A stretch of DNA of 36,563 nt from positions 1 to 36,563 of IMG/VR virus record IMGVR_UViG_3300029787_000153; one strand, written 5' to 3'. Under the pieces are notes generated by a model. That model searched no databases. It was not told the DNA's origin and saw only the letters and a program-made list of their open reading frames with translations. Of this stretch, positions 32,090 through 36,563 are shown piece by piece (positions within the stretch are counted from its first letter, which is position 1; the number at the start of each line of letters is the position of its first letter). A program made the translations under genes and the position numbers. Origin of the DNA: a virus.

Positions 32090-35000
32090 CAGTTAAGCTT
32101 TTGTTTGGGGAGTTTCATGCCAGTAGGCTTCATGCCGATCTCCAGCATTAAATTCGAAATCGAATAGCTTTGCCCAGCTTCCGGAAGGGCCGATCCTGCA
32201 TCTTCACCATCCTCGATCGAGAACCGGATGGATTCGCATTTTTGATTCGCCAGGTTCATTCTGAACTGATAAACGCCATCCACAACGCTGCTGGTTCCTC
32301 CTCCGAAAACTTCACTTCCGAAAGGATTTTCATCTCCGAAAGTAGTGATCCCGAGATCGGTGCTGTAGTTAAAATTATGGGTTTCCCTATAAAAATTTTC
32401 ATAGTTGTACCCGACCTGAACCCGGAGGTTGTGTTTCGATTTATAGTCGCCCAGGACAAAGGCTTTTCGGCATCTCTGCAGGCCTTGAATGTTGTTGGTC
32501 TTGATCCAGGCGGTCGTCAATTTAAGAGGGAACCTGGCACCGTCGTCGGTGTAGCTGGTGCTTTGCTGCCATACCTGACCATCGGTTCGTAAATAGACGT
32601 AGTTCCCATTCTTTTCCCAGACCGTCGCACCATTCCCCTGGTGATCGGAAAACGTGCTCCATTTATTGAAAAAATAATCATAGACCAGGGTCGTTCCATC
32701 TGAGCTGAGGAAGCGGACCTGGTTCTGATCTTGGAGCAGCTCCGCCGAGGTGATGGTCTGATTGTTAAATCCTTCGACCGGAGCTCCGAGGTATTTTGTT
32801 TCCAGCGATCGCGACAGCAGATAGATCCCCTTGTTTGATTGGAAAAGGATCCCGATGGGAATCAAGACAATCGATCTGGGTTCAATGCATCCTGCATCGG
32901 AAGTGACCAGGGAAGGCTCACTAAAATCATTCTGGTCGCCGGTCGGCGTAGGTCCCTGACCGGTCATGGAAAAGATCCGGTTTTCTTCAAATAGGATCAG
33001 CTTTTCATCCATGGCCTGAATCCCGGTGATTCCCTTTGCTTCTGGAACCGTGATTGTGAAAACATCGGAAAACTTAATTGCAGCGTTCCCTGTCGTCTTC
33101 TGGCTATAGAACAGTTTCTGAGGATCCTCAGACGATACTGCTATCATCCGCTGACCAAAGGTCCCCATCACTGAGGTCGCCGGTGGAGCTATGTTTGCCA
33201 GGACGTTGCCGGTCGTATAGAGGGATTGCTTTGCAACCAGGTTGGTATCATTGATCGCGCCGTTGTCGGCAAATGAAACCGTATCTGCAGAAGTGCTATT
33301 TGCGACCGTGCCGATCTTGTAATAAATCGAACCAGGTCCAGCAGCTGTCCGGTAGACCTCGATTGTGACCGCGGAATGATCAGTAATCCGAAGCGTCGGG
33401 ATGGTCAGAGTATTGATCGATGAATTACCTCCGCCAGCAGCTTGGGTGACGGCAACCGATGGAGCAGATTGATAGATCTTACCCTTGGCATCGGTGTAGG
33501 AATAAAGAACCTTATATGCATAGGTGCCATCGGCCAGGGATCCGCCGCTGGACGCAGTTCCTGCCGTGACGTTTTCCGGGTAGATATGGAATCCGAGCTC
33601 ATCAATAACCTGGGAATCATAGCTGCTTAAAAACCCTCCACCGAGAACCAGGGTTCCTCCAAGCTCACGATTGTAGAAGGTACGCCCGCCGACAAAATCT
33701 GCTTTGATTCTGGAAATTCCCTTCAATCCATAAACGTCATTGTCTCGAGATTCCAACCTGGTGACGACCTGAACCGGAAGTTCGAAGATCCCGCTTGTTA
33801 TATTGATCACGTTGGTCGGCATCGGCCTGGTCGGGAGAGCTCCGGAAGTGCTTTGCTTATATTTACCGAGAACCAATCCGGAGGAGTCGATGAGGAAATA
33901 GGTAGGCTGCAGGGAGCTTGAATGAAGCACCCACAAATAGGTTGTGTTTGAATATTGGAAAGGACGCGAAACCAAGCCGACCGAGCGCATCACTACGGAT
34001 GCGGATCCGATTGTATTATTAGAACGATCGAAGGTTCTTAAATTGACCAGGTGGTTGTAGGTTTGAGCAGCAGAGTGTTCATAGTAGACTTCAAGATTTC
34101 CTGCTGCATTATAAACCAGACCTATCCTTTTGATCTCGGTTGCGTCTCCGCTTGCCGTGGTTGCAGTCGTCGTCAGATCAGATCCGAGCCGATAAACCTT
34201 CAGGCCTGAGCTGTCAGAATTCTTGGAAAATGAAACAATGATATCTGCACTTGTTTCAAGATCTGCATAAATCGTGATGGCATCTTCTGCTTGACTGCTG
34301 ATCGTCGTAATATCCGGGAAACCGGTTCCCAGCGTTCCAAGAGCTCCGGTGGATGTTATGTATCCGACCTTGACCGTGTTCGACGTGTCTGCATAGGCCA
34401 TGACCGCCGAATCATTATTAGGATCGTATTCACATACATCCATCCATCCAACTGATGTATTGATATCAGATGCGACGGTTACTGCACTAGAAAACGCCGA
34501 TGGGCTGTCGGTGGATACCTGGCGGGATTTTATGACGTTCCCAGTGACCGTATCATGATAGATGACGGTAAGATTCTTACCTTGACCGACGCATCGCGGC
34601 GTCAGGCCGCTTGAGGTGATTTGAACATCTTCCAGAACTACAACATCATTTCCGGAATCCACAACTGATGCGCGGATCCCGCCGCTGCTGTCCTCCCATG
34701 CATAGAGAATCAAACCTTCGGATTCTGCACCATCGACGGCAGACTGCTCGTTTTCATTCCGGATCAGATCCTGGGCGGTCGCATCAACCGAGCGAAATCC
34801 TCCACGATCGATCCAGCGATCGAGGCCTGAAGCATAGCTATAAAGTTTGTTAGATCCAAAGGCGAGGAGTTCGTCCTCGAGGGAGGTTAAGGCATCCCCG
34901 GTTGGTAATGCTGTCCCATCGAGGACGGTTGCACCGAGAGCATCATATCCATAGCGTTTTGTTATTACCGACCCTTTCGTAAATACTCCGTTTTCCAGCT

Positions 35001-35094
35001 CAATAAGATTGGTAGGAAGGACCAGCTTTTCATCAGTTTTTGTGTCAATGCTTCCGCTTAGATCGATCGGAACCATCGCCTTTTGTAGTGCCAT
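32089..35094 (-). CDS. Large tail protein (1001 aa), tail tubular B/nozzle-like
   Basis: The N-terminus PIDLSGSIDTKTDEKLVLPTNLIELENGVFTKGSVITKRYGY parallels the GGIS.Q.D....P......N......GL.KRPG opening of T7 gp12-type proteins, from memory. The size and beta-rich composition fit. Confidence 0.4.
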   Translation of the reverse strand: MALQKAMVPIDLSGSIDTKTDEKLVLPTNLIELENGVFTKGSVITKRYGYDALGATVLDGTALPTGDALTSLEDELLAFGSNKLYSYASGLDRWIDRGGFRSVDATAQDLIRNENEQSAVDGAESEGLILYAWEDSSGGIRASVVDSGNDVVVLEDVQITSSGLTPRCVGQGKNLTVIYHDTVTGNVIKSRQVSTDSPSAFSSAVTVASDINTSVGWMDVCEYDPNNDSAVMAYADTSNTVKVGYITSTGALGTLGTGFPDITTISSQAEDAITIYADLETSADIIVSFSKNSDSSGLKVYRLGSDLTTTATTASGDATEIKRIGLVYNAAGNLEVYYEHSAAQTYNHLVNLRTFDRSNNTIGSASVVMRSVGLVSRPFQYSNTTYLWVLHSSSLQPTYFLIDSSGLVLGKYKQSTSGALPTRPMPTNVINITSGIFELPVQVVTRLESRDNDVYGLKGISRIKADFVGGRTFYNRELGGTLVLGGGFLSSYDSQVIDELGFHIYPENVTAGTASSGGSLADGTYAYKVLYSYTDAKGKIYQSAPSVAVTQAAGGGNSSINTLTIPTLRITDHSAVTIEVYRTAAGPGSIYYKIGTVANSTSADTVSFADNGAINDTNLVAKQSLYTTGNVLANIAPPATSVMGTFGQRMIAVSSEDPQKLFYSQKTTGNAAIKFSDVFTITVPEAKGITGIQAMDEKLILFEENRIFSMTGQGPTPTGDQNDFSEPSLVTSDAGCIEPRSIVLIPIGILFQSNKGIYLLSRSLETKYLGAPVEGFNNQTITSAELLQDQNQVRFLSSDGTTLVYDYFFNKWSTFSDHQGNGATVWEKNGNYVYLRTDGQVWQQSTSYTDDGARFPLKLTTAWIKTNNIQGLQRCRKAFVLGDYKSKHNLRVQVGYNYENFYRETHNFNYSTDLGITTFGDENPFGSEVFGGGTSSVVDGVYQFRMNLANQKCESIRFSIEDGEDAGSALPEAGQSYSISNLMLEIGMKPTGMKLPKQKLN

Positions 35095-35218
35095 TATTTT
35101 GATCGATTTCGATTAATGCTTCACGGTAGCCTAAAAGTCTTTGTTGATGGGTTGCTAATTCATTAATTTTGATTTGAACCTGGTTTATTTCTTGGTCGAT
35201 TTCCTCAATCGTTTTCAT
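35045..35218 (-). CDS. Small coiled-coil protein B (57 aa, unlisted), paralogue of 36137..36280
   Basis: The ATG at 35218 makes an ATGA overlap with the upstream stop. Translation is MKTIEEIDQEINQVQIKINELATHQQRLLGYREALIEIDQNNGTTKGDGSDRSKRKH. It shares ...Q(Q/R)L(I/L)GYR(Q/E)ALIE(M/I) with paralogue A. Its last 16 codons overlap the 1001-aa gene. Confidence 0.5.
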   Translation of the reverse strand: MKTIEEIDQEINQVQIKINELATHQQRLLGYREALIEIDQNNGTTKGDGSDRSKRKH

Positions 35219-35502
35219 GGCTTTGGATACTTGTCTTTTACTGCTTTAATTTTAGCTTTCCAGCCATCAATATCGTGATAAATCTGATCTAGTTGTTCAG
35301 GAATTGGATCAAAAGCTAATGCTCGATCTCGTTGGTATTGTAAATTCAACCATTCCTGAAACAACTCTTGAGCTGTATCTTTTATTTTTTTTTCAGTAAC
35401 ACTACCGTCTGTGTTTTCTAAATTGATAACATCGTTTGTTACTTTCCAACCTGTTAAATTTAGCTTTTCGCAAGCCCGCCAATAAAAATCTTCAACTATC
35501 AT
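35215..35502 (-). CDS. Tail-fibre assembly/chaperone-like protein (DUF4376/XkdW-like C-terminus), 95 aa
   Basis: The C-terminus PEQLDQIYHDIDGWKAKIKAVKDKYPKP is paralogous to 670..1008. It lies directly downstream of a receptor-binding-type gene. Confidence 0.5.
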   Translation of the reverse strand: MIVEDFYWRACEKLNLTGWKVTNDVINLENTDGSVTEKKIKDTAQELFQEWLNLQYQRDRALAFDPIPEQLDQIYHDIDGWKAKIKAVKDKYPKP

Positions 35503-36131
35503 GATATTGCAACTGTTCCTTGGATTTCAAAAATATACATTGTCGCAACACAACGACCATCATTAACGCTTCTTTCTGACCTACCATAATGAACATTTAT
35601 TGAACTACTTGATGCAACCGCCATTTGGTAAGTTATTTCTGTAACTGTGTCATAACCTGAATCTATATAATTGTACGGGTAGGGTATTATAGATGCATCA
35701 TCATTATCAGGCCCATCATCTGTGTTAAAAAAATTCTGAGCCCTAATTACCCCACTTGTTGAAATTCCTTGAGAAGATAAACTCCCAATTGTTGTGTCAC
35801 TACTTGAAAAACTAGCACTTGCTAGTCTTCTAGTTAATGAAGTTCCACCATTAAAATTTGTACTTGCACCTAAATAAAAATGTCCATGTATGAGCATGGT
35901 GTTTGATGCTGATTTTGGTATAATATTACATTTTAAATTTGTGATTGCTGTACTGGAAGTACCTGAAGAAATGTTTTCTTGTGTTGTATCGTATGTACAT
36001 TTTACTTGGACAATATGTCCATCTGGAAAAGTCACATCTGAATGCAAACTAACTGCACTAGAACTAAGCGTTGCTAGGGTCTTAGTCGCTGATCCGTCTT
36101 TAATATTGTCTACCTGAAGATCTGAAGGCAT
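35499..36131 (-). CDS. Putative receptor-binding/tail-fibre protein (210 aa)
   Basis: The N-terminus MPSDLQVDNIKDGSATKTLATLSSS...VTFPDGHIVQV is fibre-like. The body is Ser/Thr-rich and beta-type. A chaperone-like gene follows. Confidence 0.4.
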   Translation of the reverse strand: MPSDLQVDNIKDGSATKTLATLSSSAVSLHSDVTFPDGHIVQVKCTYDTTQENISSGTSSTAITNLKCNIIPKSASNTMLIHGHFYLGASTNFNGGTSLTRRLASASFSSSDTTIGSLSSQGISTSGVIRAQNFFNTDDGPDNDDASIIPYPYNYIDSGYDTVTEITYQMAVASSSSINVHYGRSERSVNDGRCVATMYIFEIQGTVAIS

Positions 36132-36136
36132 GATTT

Positions 36137-36280
36137 TTATTCTGGTTTAGTTTCTTCTTCTTCCATTTCAATTAATGCTTGTCGGTAACCAATTAATTGC
36201 TGAAGTTGATTTTGTTTTTCTGGAATCTCTTGTTGTAATTTTGCTATTTGGTTATCAGCTTCTTCTTTTGTTAATTGCAT
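36137..36280 (-). CDS. Small coiled-coil protein A (47 aa, unlisted)
   Basis: The ATG at 36280 lies 1 nt after the S74 fibre stop. Translation is MQLTKEEADNQIAKLQQEIPEKQNQLQQLIGYRQALIEMEEEETKPE. It is a paralogue of 35045..35218. Confidence 0.5.
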   Translation of the reverse strand: MQLTKEEADNQIAKLQQEIPEKQNQLQQLIGYRQALIEMEEEETKPE

Positions 36281-36281
36281 T

Positions 36282-36563
36282 TTATGCGTTCTCTAATGTT
36301 TCGATTCGTTTAATTGCTTCTTGTAATGCTCCAACTACAAGAGGAACTAGGTAACTTGTATCCATCATCTGCATATTTGGAACCCCGTCAGATTTCATAG
36401 CATCTTTTTCTCCAATAACTGCTTCAGGCACTATTTCCTGTACTTCATGTGCTATAAATCCATCAACAGTTTTTTCTGGATGACCTATAAAATTAAATCT
36501 ACTCGGTTTTAGTTGTGTGAGTCTGTTTATTGCGTCTGTCAGTGGTATTACATTTTCTTTTTT
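36282..36563 (-). CDS. C-terminal part of the S74-domain tail fibre that starts at 663 (36465..36563 duplicates 1..99)
   Basis: The frame continues as ...DGFIAHEVQEIVPEAVIGEKDAMKSDGVPNMQMMDTSYLVPLVVGALQEAIKRIETLENA, with TAA at 36284..36282. Confidence 0.8.
   Translation of the reverse strand, partial: KKENVIPLTDAINRLTQLKPSRFNFIGHPEKTVDGFIAHEVQEIVPEAVIGEKDAMKSDGVPNMQMMDTSYLVPLVVGALQEAIKRIETLENA
36465..36563. repeat. Terminal overlap, identical to 1..99
   Basis: See feature 1..99. Confidence 0.95.

Larger units (their letters stand above)
1..36464. mobile_element. Complete temperate tailed-phage genome (circularly closed contig, podovirus-like gene set)
   Basis: The window ends share an exact 99-nt overlap. 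Integrase, attP and an XRE regulator are present. Gene order is terS/terL-portal-scaffold-capsid-fibres-ejection proteins-lysis. No tube, sheath or tape-measure gene is recognisable. Confidence 0.8.

Overview
The window is one complete, circularly closed tailed-phage genome. Positions 1-99 are identical to 36465-36563, so the unique sequence is 36,464 bp, and one tail-fibre gene wraps the junction. The phage is temperate: it has a tyrosine integrase, an XRE-type regulator, and an attP made of a tRNA 3'-end mimic flanked by six TGGGTTTGCR direct repeats. Nearly all genes are on the minus strand in tightly coupled operons with many ATGA/TAATG/TGATG stop-start overlaps. The early recombination/replication block runs 21053->15394: VRR-NUC, Zn-ribbon, ERF, SSB, unknowns, a NUMOD3-like Zn protein, a replication-initiator-like protein and an excisionase-type HTH. 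Packaging and morphogenesis run 15334->1, continuing through the junction from 36464 down to 25619: terS, GNAT, terL, a 913-aa giant protein, portal, scaffold, capsid, several fibres, a ~1000-aa nozzle-like protein and three large ejection-type proteins. The lysis block is 25622->24141. Only the lysogeny/moron block (21176-23943) is on the plus strand. I recognise no tail tube, sheath or tape measure, so the gene set looks podovirus-like. Items not explained by ordinary annotation, best first: (1) a diverged ~80-bp tandem repeat array carrying a conserved 16-mer in 370 bp of non-coding early-region DNA; (2) a low-GC segment inserted in frame inside the 913-aa gene between terL and portal; (3) a low-GC multi-fibre island with paralogous cassettes and two unlisted paralogous mini-ORFs; (4) a G8 homopolymer separating two out-of-frame ORFs in the attP-adjacent moron; (5) an ori-lambda-like set of 11-bp iterons plus an AT-rich tract inside the initiator-like gene. 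All family assignments come from motif recognition by eye. No database search was run.
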